Shown here piece by piece: positions 9,007 to 16,686 of a stretch of DNA of 29,002 nucleotides. The stretch lies in contig JAYODI010000074.1 in the NCBI GenBank assembly GCA_038279365.1, positions 1-29,002 of the forward strand. The letters are read 5' to 3'. A model generated the notes under the pieces. That model was not told the DNA's origin, made no database searches, and worked only from the letters and a program-made list of their open reading frames with translations. The DNA comes from Candidatus Latescibacterota bacterium. Its GTDB lineage: Bacteria; Latescibacterota; UBA2968. Numbering within the stretch: position 1 is the first letter of the stretch; the number at the start of each line of letters is the position of its first letter. Both the position numbers and the translations under genes were made by a program.

Positions 9007-10116
9007 ATGTCTACCACAAATCGGCCAGCTTGGTTAGAAATTGATCTCAATGCCATTTCCAAAAACATTGGCATCATTCAAAATTTTGTTGGCAAACAAA
9101 CAAATGTTATGGCCATTGTCAAAGCCAATGCCTATGGGCATGGCTTAGAATTGGCATCCAAAGCAGCGCTTAAAGGCGGTGCCAAAGCATTAGGTGTTGC
9201 CCTCCCTCAAGAAGGCCAACAACTTCGTGAGGCTGGCATTCAAGCCCCCATTCTCATTTTGGGGCCCATTTTACCCCCCGATGCCAACACACTCGTTCAC
9301 AACAACCTGTCTGCCGTGGTCAGCAACAAAGAAAGCCTCCAAGCACTTGCAAGCGCTGCCCAAAGCCAAAACACACAAGCGCGTATTCATCTCAAATTAG
9401 ACACGGGCATGGGCCGTATTGGTTGTTCCTTCACAGAAGGCTTGGAACTCATCCATTACATGCAACAACACCCCAATGTGTACCTAGAAGGCATCATGTC
9501 TCACATTGCTTGGGAGAACCTTGAAGATCACGATAAAATTCACACGCAAATGCTCCATTTCCAATCATTTCTTCAACAATGTGGTTCCATAAAACCCCAT
9601 TGGCGACATATCGCCAACAGCGCAACCACGCTGCAATTTACACAGGCCCATTACGATCTGGTCAGAGTTGGTCTGCTCACCTATGGGTTACCCCCATTAA
9701 ACACGTCCCTGCCCCTCACACCAGCTTTATCCTTAAAAGCACAGATCACCCAAATTCGCCACCTCACACCTGGTCAAACACTCAGTTATGGTGGCACCTT
9801 TACCCTCACCCGCCCCTCTCAGATCGCACTCATCCCATTGGGATATGCCGATGGGTATAACAGACGCCTCTCCAATTGTGCCCAAGTGCTCATTCACAAC
9901 CAACGGTGTCCAGTAGTGGGTAGCATCTGCATGGACTTAACGCTCATAGACGTTACCGATGTGCCACAAGCCAAGCTCGCAGACGAAGTCATCCTATTGG
10001 GCGCATCCCAAAGCGATCAAATTACCCCACAAGACTTGGCCCATTGGTCCAACACCATCGTCCACGAAATCATCTCTCAGTTGTCGCCCCGCCTGCCTCG
10101 ACACTATCTGCAATAA
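9007..10116 (+). CDS. alr: Alanine racemase
   Basis: PLP-lysine motif AIVKANAYGHG, HLKLDTGMGRIG, HIANSA, SYG catalytic Tyr, GYADGY, VGSICMD; abuts the sbcC stop codon. Confidence 0.96.
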   Translation: MSTTNRPAWLEIDLNAISKNIGIIQNFVGKQTNVMAIVKANAYGHGLELASKAALKGGAKALGVALPQEGQQLREAGIQAPILILGPILPPDANTLVHNNLSAVVSNKESLQALASAAQSQNTQARIHLKLDTGMGRIGCSFTEGLELIHYMQQHPNVYLEGIMSHIAWENLEDHDKIHTQMLHFQSFLQQCGSIKPHWRHIANSATTLQFTQAHYDLVRVGLLTYGLPPLNTSLPLTPALSLKAQITQIRHLTPGQTLSYGGTFTLTRPSQIALIPLGYADGYNRRLSNCAQVLIHNQRCPVVGSICMDLTLIDVTDVPQAKLADEVILLGASQSDQITPQDLAHWSNTIVHEIISQLSPRLPRHYLQ

Positions 10117-10144
10117 AACATATCTTTCGACCTTGTTTATGGGG

Positions 10145-10173
10145 TTGCATCCAAGCCCCAATCATCTTATTTT
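10145..10173 (+). promoter_or_regulatory. Putative sigma70 promoter for ahpC
   Basis: TTGCAT (10145-10150), 17-nt spacer, TATTTT (10168-10173); GGAGG RBS precedes the ATG at 10222. Confidence 0.45.
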
Positions 10174-10221
10174 ATAGTTTCACAAATTTCCCATTTACGA
10201 TGTTATAAAACGGAGGTAGCA

Positions 10222-10770
10222 ATGCGAGGGGTTGGAGATTCGATTCCAGATTTTAAAGTGGTGGGTGTCAAACCCGGCTTTACCCAGCACGAACAAGATG
10301 GTCAATCCGCATTTGAAGATGTGACACAAGATTCTTTTGCTGGCAAATGGAAAGTGATCTTTTTTTGGCCCAAAGACTTCACCTTTGTTTGCCCCACAGA
10401 AATTGTTGAATACGGCAATCTCAATTCCGAATTTGACGACCGAGATGCCGTTCTTTTGGGTGGTTCCACAGACAATGAATTTTGCCATTTGGCTTGGCGA
10501 CGCGAACACAAAGACCTTACAGACTCACCCTTTATGTGGTTGGCCGACACCAATGGCAGCCTCATAGACGGCCTTGGCGTTCGTGAACGCAATGCGGGTG
10601 TGGCCTTGCGTGCCACCTTCATCGTAGATCCACACGGCACCATTCAACACGTGACCGTCAACAATCTCAATGTGGGGCGTTCACCCGCCGAAGCTCTGCG
10701 CATTCTCGACGGCTTGCAAACAGACGAACTTTGTCCTTGTAACCGCCCGGTTGGTGGTGCCACATTGTAA
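10222..10770 (+). CDS. ahpC: Peroxiredoxin, alkyl hydroperoxide reductase subunit C
   Basis: FFWPKDFTFVCPTE peroxidatic Cys motif, RATFIVDP, VGRS, C-terminal ELCPCNR. Confidence 0.93.
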   Translation: MRGVGDSIPDFKVVGVKPGFTQHEQDGQSAFEDVTQDSFAGKWKVIFFWPKDFTFVCPTEIVEYGNLNSEFDDRDAVLLGGSTDNEFCHLAWRREHKDLTDSPFMWLADTNGSLIDGLGVRERNAGVALRATFIVDPHGTIQHVTVNNLNVGRSPAEALRILDGLQTDELCPCNRPVGGATL

Positions 10771-10785
10771 TCGTCTCTTCACAAT

Positions 10786-10820
10786 AAAAAGGCCGGTTGC
10801 GGTCGCAACCGGCCTTTTTT
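10786..10820 (+). terminator. Intrinsic terminator after ahpC
   Basis: AAAAAGGCCGGTTGCG-gt-CGCAACCGGCCTTTTTT, a perfect GC-rich stem with a U-tract. Confidence 0.9.
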
Positions 10821-10834
10821 ATTCAAAGACCTTT

Positions 10835-11857
10835 ATGAAAATACGATTGATTCTCTTCAGCCTTTTGAGCCTCAGCCTCTTTCAATGCGCCGACCACTTA
10901 CCCGAATCACTGGGCCCAGCCCGAAAAGTCATCGTTCTGGCCGACCCAGAAGATTGGAAAGTGTTGGAAGCACCTTTGCGCGAAATTTTTGAAAAAGTAC
11001 TCTACACCCCTCAAACCGAACGCCTTTTCGAAATTGAGCGGGGAGACATCGCACATTTTTACGATTATAAACATGCCATTCGCAAAAGCCTCATGATTGT
11101 CTCGCCAATCAATGCACAACACGAAACGGGTACCTTTTTGCGCCAAATCTTAAGCCCCGAAGTTCAAACCGCCATTCGAGAAGACAAATCAGCCGTCACT
11201 TGGAAAAAAGATGTTTGGGCAGAAGATCAATTGCTCCTGATGGTTTCTGGCAAAGACATTGAGTCGGTTGTAGAAAACCTTTGGATGTCTTCAGACCGGC
11301 TTTATACCGCCTTGGAAGAATCTGTATTGGGCAGCATTCAAGAGCGGGTCTATAGCTTTGGCGAACGCGAAAATGTCACCCAAGAATTGGCTCAAAAATA
11401 TGGTTGGAGTGTCAAAGTCCCCTTCGGATATCGCATCATAGAAGCGTATCCAGACAGCGGCTTTGTGGCCTTGGCAAAAGACAATCCCAACCGATGGTTA
11501 TTTGTTTATTGGGAAGATGGTGTTCACCCCGACCAAATCACCGAAGACTGGTGCATTCAAAAACGCGACAATATTACCCAACGCTTCTTTGGTGGTGATC
11601 GCATTGTACCGGGCGATGTTCAGGTCTCCCAAAAAGAGTTTGCTGGGCAATTGGCCGTTGTTTTACAAGGCGTTTGGGAAAACGAAAAAGAGTGGAAAGG
11701 CGGCCCATTCAAAAGCTATGCTTTTCTCGACATCGACAACAACCGTTTCTTCTTTGTAGACATGGGACTCTATGCACCCAACAAAAAGAAACTGCCCTAC
11801 ATGCGCCAAGTGGACCTCATTTCACAAACATTTCAAATTCACAAACCCAAAAGTTAA
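10835..11857 (+). CDS. DUF4837 family lipoprotein
   Basis: Start placed at ATG 10835 (MKIRLILFSLLSLSLFQC, lipoprotein-like signal); motifs TPQTERLF, KDVWAEDQ, LQGVWE...GGPFKSY, YAPNKKK. Confidence 0.75.
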   Translation: MKIRLILFSLLSLSLFQCADHLPESLGPARKVIVLADPEDWKVLEAPLREIFEKVLYTPQTERLFEIERGDIAHFYDYKHAIRKSLMIVSPINAQHETGTFLRQILSPEVQTAIREDKSAVTWKKDVWAEDQLLLMVSGKDIESVVENLWMSSDRLYTALEESVLGSIQERVYSFGERENVTQELAQKYGWSVKVPFGYRIIEAYPDSGFVALAKDNPNRWLFVYWEDGVHPDQITEDWCIQKRDNITQRFFGGDRIVPGDVQVSQKEFAGQLAVVLQGVWENEKEWKGGPFKSYAFLDIDNNRFFFVDMGLYAPNKKKLPYMRQVDLISQTFQIHKPKS

Positions 11858-11958
11858 GTTTGAGCCTGTGCCGTGATAACCATCACATCCTAAAAGATGT
11901 TATTTACCGAATTTATATGCACCTTCGTTTTAATTGCCCATTTATAGCTTGAAATAAT

Positions 11959-12696
11959 ATGTCTCCTTCCAATACAACATCACAAAGTTTCAGAGAACGC
12001 CTTTGGACCAATATCCGTACCAAAACCTTAACGGGTGTGGTGGTTTTAGTCCCCATCGTGGTCACCTTCTTGGTTTTACGGCTTGTCTTTCGATGGCTCG
12101 ACGGCCTTGCCCAACCGCTTATTCAACAATTATTCCAAACACAAGGCCACATATCAGGCCTGGGCATTGTGCTCACCATCATTCTCATTTGGATATCAGG
12201 CCTTATTGCCAACAATGTATTTGGGCGTCGTCTCATCGGGCTTGGGCATACCTTTCTGGAACGCCTCCCACTCATTGGCAATATTTATAGTCCCGTCAAA
12301 CAATTTATTGAAAAAATTGCAATGCCCCAAACCACAGGTTTTCGCCAAGTAGTTTTGGCCGAATACCCCTCCGATGGTCGCTGGATTGTAGGATTTGCAA
12401 CTGGTGAAGTTCAATTAGATGATCAGGGCACTATTGGCCAATGTGTCTTTGTACCCACTTCACCCAATCCCGTTACGGGTTGGATGGTGATTTTTCCACC
12501 CGAAAAGGTGAGAAAAACATCTATGAGCGTCGAAGCCGCCATGCAATTGATTGTTTCTGCAGGTGTCGTCATACCTTCAGAGTTGCGCAATTTGGGCAAT
12601 TACGACTTAACGCCTGACCAAACCACCCAAATTGTAGGGTTTGACCAGGTTCAAAAGGCACCTTTTAATTCATCGTCCAAACAGCCAAACCCATAG
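11959..12696 (+). CDS. DUF502 family membrane protein
   Basis: Two N-terminal TM helices, LERLPLIGNIY, VLAEYP, VFVPTSPNPVTGW, MSVEAAMQLIVSAG. Confidence 0.88.
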   Translation: MSPSNTTSQSFRERLWTNIRTKTLTGVVVLVPIVVTFLVLRLVFRWLDGLAQPLIQQLFQTQGHISGLGIVLTIILIWISGLIANNVFGRRLIGLGHTFLERLPLIGNIYSPVKQFIEKIAMPQTTGFRQVVLAEYPSDGRWIVGFATGEVQLDDQGTIGQCVFVPTSPNPVTGWMVIFPPEKVRKTSMSVEAAMQLIVSAGVVIPSELRNLGNYDLTPDQTTQIVGFDQVQKAPFNSSSKQPNP

Positions 12697-12720
12697 TTTT
12701 GGGGTAAACGGCCCCAAAAC
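12696..12720. terminator. Hairpin directly after DUF502 (terminator or RNA-stability element)
   Basis: GTTTTGGGG-taaacgg-CCCCAAAAC inverted repeat; no clear U-tract on the + strand. Confidence 0.4.
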
Positions 12721-12802
12721 CGTTAATAGGCTTTTATGCCCCCATGAGATTTTATTTTTCAGTTTCGTCTAAAAGTATATGTGAAGGTGCTGGGAGGCCC
12801 AA

Positions 12803-13096
12803 ATGATTTGGTGGCTCATTTGTTTTGGTGCAATTGTTATGGTCATTTTTGGAAAATGGTATTTCGCCGACGCCATATCCCGTATGAGACGCACCTTAAG
12901 CAGGCAGCAACGTGAGGCATTAGAAATGAAAGGGGCTTTACAAGATGCACGCTATACTCACCAAGATATCTTGCGCCAAATCAAGATCCAAGAAATTGAT
13001 ATTGCACGTATGAAAAAACGTATGGCAGAACAACATTTAGAACTTCATGGTAAGCCCAAAGCAAAAAATGATAACAAAAAAGGATCGCCGAAATGA
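12803..13096 (+). CDS. Hypothetical protein with an N-terminal TM anchor and coiled coil
   Basis: GGGAGG RBS; hydrophobic N-terminus then heptad-like charged helix; ends inside a bidirectional terminator. Confidence 0.75.
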   Translation: MIWWLICFGAIVMVIFGKWYFADAISRMRRTLSRQQREALEMKGALQDARYTHQDILRQIKIQEIDIARMKKRMAEQHLELHGKPKAKNDNKKGSPK

Positions 13097-13112
13097 ATCG
13101 ACGATCCTTTTT
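13076..13112. terminator. Bidirectional intrinsic terminator
   Basis: AAAAAAGGATCG-cCGAaatgaaTCGa-CGATCCTTTTT between convergent ORFs. Confidence 0.75.
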
Positions 13113-13133
13113 AACACATACACTCTTGAATCT

Positions 13134-13292
13134 CTACTTGACATAAAAACCAAAAAACAAAAAATCGACAAACAACAACAAACACAGCACTTCTACAACA
13201 ATAAATAAAATCAGTTCAAAACGATCTCGAAGTGTGGCCCCCTCACTTGTTTTTGGTGCCAGATCTGCTATACGTGTTTTTGCCTTTGCCAT
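13134..13292 (-). CDS. Small membrane protein, 52 aa, absent from the ORF track: MAKAKTRIADLAPKTSEGATLRDRFELILFIVVEVLCLLLFVDFLFFGFYVK
   Basis: Translated by hand from ATG 13292 to TAG 13134; GAGGG RBS; upstream TTGACT-N17-TATACT promoter; downstream bidirectional terminator; C-terminal TM helix. Confidence 0.7.
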   Translation of the reverse strand: MAKAKTRIADLAPKTSEGATLRDRFELILFIVVEVLCLLLFVDFLFFGFYVK

Positions 13293-13338
13293 AAGACCCT
13301 CATGTCATGCTTGACCGAATAACCCAAACAATGGAAAA

Positions 13339-13367
13339 AGTATAAACGCTTTTGAAATGGAAGTCAA
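13339..13367 (-). promoter_or_regulatory. Near-consensus sigma70 promoter for the 52-aa ORF
   Basis: Minus strand TTGACT (13367-13362), 17-nt spacer, TATACT (13344-13339). Confidence 0.7.
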
Positions 13368-13473
13368 TGCGCAAAAAGGAACTTATGCCCCAATCGGGTG
13401 TCTTATATGTCATAGCATGTTGCATTTGACATACAACGCCATTTTGGTACACAAATCACACGCGCAGAGATTT

Positions 13474-13506
13474 CCAATGGACAAAAACCATTGGGGTTGT
13501 TACATT
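13474..13506 (+). promoter_or_regulatory. Putative sigma70 promoter for the FGE-domain gene, with an operator-like inverted repeat over the -35 box
   Basis: TGGACA (13478-13483), 17-nt spacer, TACATT (13501-13506); CCAATGG-N7-CCATTGG at 13474-13494. Confidence 0.5.
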
Positions 13507-13544
13507 TGAACAAATTTTAGCCCATCAAAATCCAAGGAGACCCA

Positions 13545-14462
13545 ATGCGAGAATTCAAGCGAAAACTGATGTTTCTCGCCCTTATAGTGATGTTGAGTTT
13601 GGTAGGACGTGCTGAAGGTGTCGATGTGGTTCTCAAATCTGGCAGTGTTATCAGCGGTGAACTCATCCGTGAAACAACGACCACCATCACCCTTCAGTTA
13701 GAATCCAGCCAGATAGAAATTTCAAAACTCACCATCCGAACCATTGACGGACGCCCGCCTTTTGAAACACAAGCATCAAGTGTTTCAACCACTGGCCCAA
13801 TTCCCAATGATGTCCTTATTCCAGCCGGTGATTTTCTTATGGGTGTTATAAAGGGCAAAGAAAACCCCGTACATACCATATACCTCAATGCATTTCGCAT
13901 AGATGCGCTTGAAGTGACAAATGCGGAATATCGCACCTTCATTGAGGCCACCAACCGCAATGCACCCAATTATTGGCACGATCCCAAATACAATGCTGAT
14001 AAACAACCCGTTGTGGGTGTCACTTACGAAGATGCACAAGCCTACTGCCAATGGCGCAACAAACGATTGCCAACAGAAGCCGAATGGGAACGCGCCGCAA
14101 GAGGCCCTCACAGTCGCTTATTTCCTTGGGGAGATCGCTTCGACAAAGAACGCGCCAACACCCGAGAAAGCAAACACAGACAACCCCTCCCAGTGGGCAG
14201 TTATCCAAAGGGAGCCTCTCCAGAAGGCGTCTATGATATGTCGGGCAACGTATGGGAGTGGTGCCACGATTGGTTTGACAAAGATTACTACCTTCAAACC
14301 GCTACCAAAAACCCAGCAGGCCCAGAAACAGGCAAAAAGCGCGTTATTCGTGGTGGCGGGTGGACCGCACCACACACAGATATGGCCCATAGAAGAGGCG
14401 AAAAACCCAACAAAACCTATCCATCACTGGGTTTTCGGTGTGCCAAAACTGCAGAACAATAA
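13545..14462 (+). CDS. Secreted FGE-sulfatase (SUMF1/EgtB/PvdO) domain protein
   Basis: AAGGAG RBS, signal peptide, small beta-domain (VVLKSGSVISGELI), then IPAGDFLMG, EVTNAEY, RLPTEAEWERAARG, DMSGNVWEWC, RGGGW, GFRC. Confidence 0.9.
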   Translation: MREFKRKLMFLALIVMLSLVGRAEGVDVVLKSGSVISGELIRETTTTITLQLESSQIEISKLTIRTIDGRPPFETQASSVSTTGPIPNDVLIPAGDFLMGVIKGKENPVHTIYLNAFRIDALEVTNAEYRTFIEATNRNAPNYWHDPKYNADKQPVVGVTYEDAQAYCQWRNKRLPTEAEWERAARGPHSRLFPWGDRFDKERANTRESKHRQPLPVGSYPKGASPEGVYDMSGNVWEWCHDWFDKDYYLQTATKNPAGPETGKKRVIRGGGWTAPHTDMAHRRGEKPNKTYPSLGFRCAKTAEQ

Positions 14463-14474
14463 AAAATGATTCAT

Positions 14475-14517
14475 AAATAAAAAGAGCCGCTAAAGTCTTT
14501 AGCGGCTCTTTTTATTT
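14475..14517. terminator. Bidirectional intrinsic terminator
   Basis: Perfect inverted repeat AAATAAAAAGAGCCGCTAAAG-t-CTTTAGCGGCTCTTTTTATTT between convergent genes. Confidence 0.92.
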
Positions 14518-14730
14518 CGATTCTTGTGCAGCGCGTATGAGGCGTATCAAAAAACCCCCGCCAATAAACAAACCTACCCCAACAACCGCCACCAAAAATA
14601 TATTTTCACCCAAACTGCCATGTCCTGCAACCAAATCACCTACCACGCGAACCATCAAAACCACCAAAACAATCATCAGCAACAGATTGAAGGCAATTTG
14701 AGCCAAAAGCTGTGAATTATGAGATGCCAT
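14512..14730 (-). CDS. Small hypothetical membrane protein with 2 TM helices
   Basis: 72 aa, two hydrophobic helices; ATG overlaps the GroES-like stop codon (TGATG coupling). Confidence 0.75.
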   Translation of the reverse strand: MASHNSQLLAQIAFNLLLMIVLVVLMVRVVGDLVAGHGSLGENIFLVAVVGVGLFIGGGFLIRLIRAAQESK

Positions 14731-15158
14731 CAGAGGTCAAGACCATCCAGGCCTTCAATCTCATCCAAATCGTCAAGCCCATGACCACCATCTATGCCAT
14801 CAACAACATTGCGAACCAATACCAATATTGCCGAATGAGAAACAATCAAATACTTTTCACCTTCAAATTTGATCTCCATCGCAGCCTTTTTTAAAAAAAG
14901 AGCATAATCCCCAGGTTCTGCTTGCAACGGAATATACCGAGGGTCCTTGTTGGTGCTGCGCCAAGGCTCATCATCTTCGGGTGTTTCTGGCAAAGGAATC
15001 CCTGGTCCAGTTGTCATAATACGCCCACCTTGAACCTCTTCCTTTTCAACCACCGTTTGGGGCAAGTACAACCCCACCTTGGTCCGTTCCTCCATATCTT
15101 CTTGTTTAATCAGCACCCGATCGCCCACAATAACCAACTCTTTGTTTCCAATACGCAT
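14730..15158 (-). CDS. Co-chaperone GroES (Cpn10) family protein, orphan long-loop type
   Basis: GDRVLIK, ERTKVGLYLP mobile-loop region, GRIMTTGPG, PGDYALF, IKFEGEKYLIV..SAIL; inserted acidic loop and acidic tail; no groEL nearby. Confidence 0.85.
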   Translation of the reverse strand: MRIGNKELVIVGDRVLIKQEDMEERTKVGLYLPQTVVEKEEVQGGRIMTTGPGIPLPETPEDDEPWRSTNKDPRYIPLQAEPGDYALFLKKAAMEIKFEGEKYLIVSHSAILVLVRNVVDGIDGGHGLDDLDEIEGLDGLDL

Positions 15159-15184
15159 CTCTTATTTCCTATCAAAAAAAACCG

Positions 15185-16123
15185 TTAACGCGCAGACCCT
15201 TCTGGGGTTCTTGCACAACGAAATCCAATATGATCCTGCATGGTTGAAGGCGGTGCATAATGACGTTGCGAACAGCGCACCCCCATCCGATTTTCTGCGT
15301 AAAACCCCCCTCGACATACCCGATATTGCCCACCAGCAGGGCCTGTTGGATTATCAACAGGCGCGGTTTTATAATAATCATCGTAATACCAATCCGAACA
15401 CCATTCTTGAACATTGCCACACATATCCATCACACCATAAGGGCTGGCCCCCCCCGGAAACTGATCAATAGGTGTGGTGCCACCATAGTCATTTGTAGAA
15501 TTCACATTGTCTTTTCGAAAAGCGTCCCCCCAGGGGTATGTTTGCCCCAATGTGCCACGAGCAGCCTTTTCCCACTCCGCTTCTGTGGGCAAACGCTTTC
15601 CCACCCATTCTGCATATTCTTCGGCATCTTGCCAACTGATATTGGTTACGGGATGATGAGCCTGCTCCAGTGGATAAGTGCCACTGGTCCAATGGGGTGG
15701 GCGACGATGTCCAGTCACATCCACAAACATCTTATATTCTTGATTGGTAACAGGGTATCGGTCTATCCAAAATGCATTAAGCAAAACATTACGACTGGGT
15801 TGCTCGTCTCGTGAACCATCTTCATCACCCATTTGAAAATCACCCGCATCAATTAAAATCATTTCTTTAGGGTTTAATTGTTCCTGAAGCTGCTTGCGTT
15901 GATCATCTAAACTGGCCAATTCATGCTTTAAACTTTCAATGCGCTTTAAGCTTTCTTCCGTAATCTGCTCACTTTCTTGAATTTGCTTTTCAACATTGGC
16001 CCGACTGGCTTCTAATTGTTCCACGGTGGGCTGTAAAAGAGCTGCTTGTTTTCTAAATACAGCAAATATTTGAAAACAAAAAGCCCCAAATCCCAAAATG
16101 AGAACCGGATACATCCAATCCAT
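15185..16123 (-). CDS. Membrane-anchored coiled-coil protein with an FGE-sulfatase domain
   Basis: N-terminal TM, coiled coil of about 60 aa, then MILIDAGDFQMG, PVTNQEY, RLPTEAEWEKAARG, DMCGNVQEWC, RGG, GFRC; GGGAG RBS. Confidence 0.9.
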   Translation of the reverse strand: MDWMYPVLILGFGAFCFQIFAVFRKQAALLQPTVEQLEASRANVEKQIQESEQITEESLKRIESLKHELASLDDQRKQLQEQLNPKEMILIDAGDFQMGDEDGSRDEQPSRNVLLNAFWIDRYPVTNQEYKMFVDVTGHRRPPHWTSGTYPLEQAHHPVTNISWQDAEEYAEWVGKRLPTEAEWEKAARGTLGQTYPWGDAFRKDNVNSTNDYGGTTPIDQFPGGASPYGVMDMCGNVQEWCSDWYYDDYYKTAPVDNPTGPAGGQYRVCRGGFYAENRMGVRCSQRHYAPPSTMQDHIGFRCARTPEGSAR

Positions 16124-16190
16124 ATGCCAAACTCCCTTTAAAAAATGGAAGTACTTCGTACCCGCCCTTAACCTTGGGTCAACACCGTTA

Positions 16191-16219
16191 AACCTAAAAA
16201 ATTAAAACCAAACTGTCAA
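16191..16219 (-). promoter_or_regulatory. Putative sigma70 promoter for the FGE / GroES-like / membrane-protein operon
   Basis: Minus strand TTGACA (16219-16214), 17-nt spacer, TAGGTT (16196-16191). Confidence 0.55.
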
Positions 16220-16236
16220 CAATTACCCTATATACC

Positions 16237-16277
16237 AAAAAAGCAATAACCTGAATGGGTTCAGATTATTGCTTTTT
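16237..16277 (-). terminator. Intrinsic terminator after the 62-aa ORF
   Basis: AAAAAAGCAATAA-c-CTGAA-tggg-TTCAG-a-TTATTGCTTTTT; U-tract available on either strand. Confidence 0.7.
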
Positions 16278-16289
16278 CATTTTTGGATA

Positions 16290-16478
16290 TTAATTAAACA
16301 CACCTTTCTGAAAAACAACCTCAAGCAAATCTTGGCTCAAGACATACGATACATTTGCTTCAATTTGAACCTCAGCCGTATTTTCAGAAACATCAACAAC
16401 AACCCATGGACCCCATCGAATGCAATCGCAATCGATATATACAACCATATCACCTAACTTTGGCCTGTCCCCCGACAT
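16290..16478 (-). CDS. Small hypothetical protein, 62 aa, possible SH3-like beta-barrel with a CxC motif
   Basis: GGAGG RBS before ATG 16478 (MSGDRPKLGDMVVYIDCDCIRWGPWVVVDV...); flanked by its own promoter and terminator. Confidence 0.7.
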   Translation of the reverse strand: MSGDRPKLGDMVVYIDCDCIRWGPWVVVDVSENTAEVQIEANVSYVLSQDLLEVVFQKGVFN

Positions 16479-16538
16479 GGCGTCCTCCAAGAAAAATAAT
16501 GTGCGACACTCAGCAGCATACAATCATTACTTTTCTAT

Positions 16539-16554
16539 TGCACATGTCGTGCCA
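16539..16554 (-). promoter_or_regulatory. Putative sigma54 (-24/-12) promoter for the 62-aa ORF
   Basis: Minus strand TGGCACG-ACAT-GTGCA, one mismatch to TGGCACG-N4-TTGCW, correct GG/GC spacing. Confidence 0.65.
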
Positions 16555-16629
16555 AACAAAAACAAATTCCCACAAGGCAATATTAAACAATATTTTACAA
16601 AAATAAGACATTCAACACAAATGATCCAT

Positions 16630-16666
16630 TGTCCTATATCTAACACCAACTGTCTGATATCAGACA
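16630..16666. promoter_or_regulatory. Tandem TGT-N10-ACA sites, putative upstream activator sequences for an enhancer-binding protein
   Basis: Perfect palindrome TGTCTGATATCAGACA (16651-16666) and a 12/16 copy TGTCCTATATCTAACA (16630-16645), 21 bp apart. Confidence 0.6.
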
Positions 16667-16686
16667 CCCATTAACAGCAAACATAT

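Noticed and set aside
12728..13398. Repeated AGG-N3-TTATGCCCC-N-AT near 12728 and 13377
   Set aside because: Only two short copies with no consistent position relative to promoters.
13445..13460. TGGTACACAAATCACA as a third sigma54 promoter
   Set aside because: The -24 half fits but the essential -12 GC is replaced by AC.
13545..16123. Diversity-generating retroelement
   Set aside because: No reverse transcriptase, Avd or TR/VR pair; the two FGE genes share only protein-level motifs.
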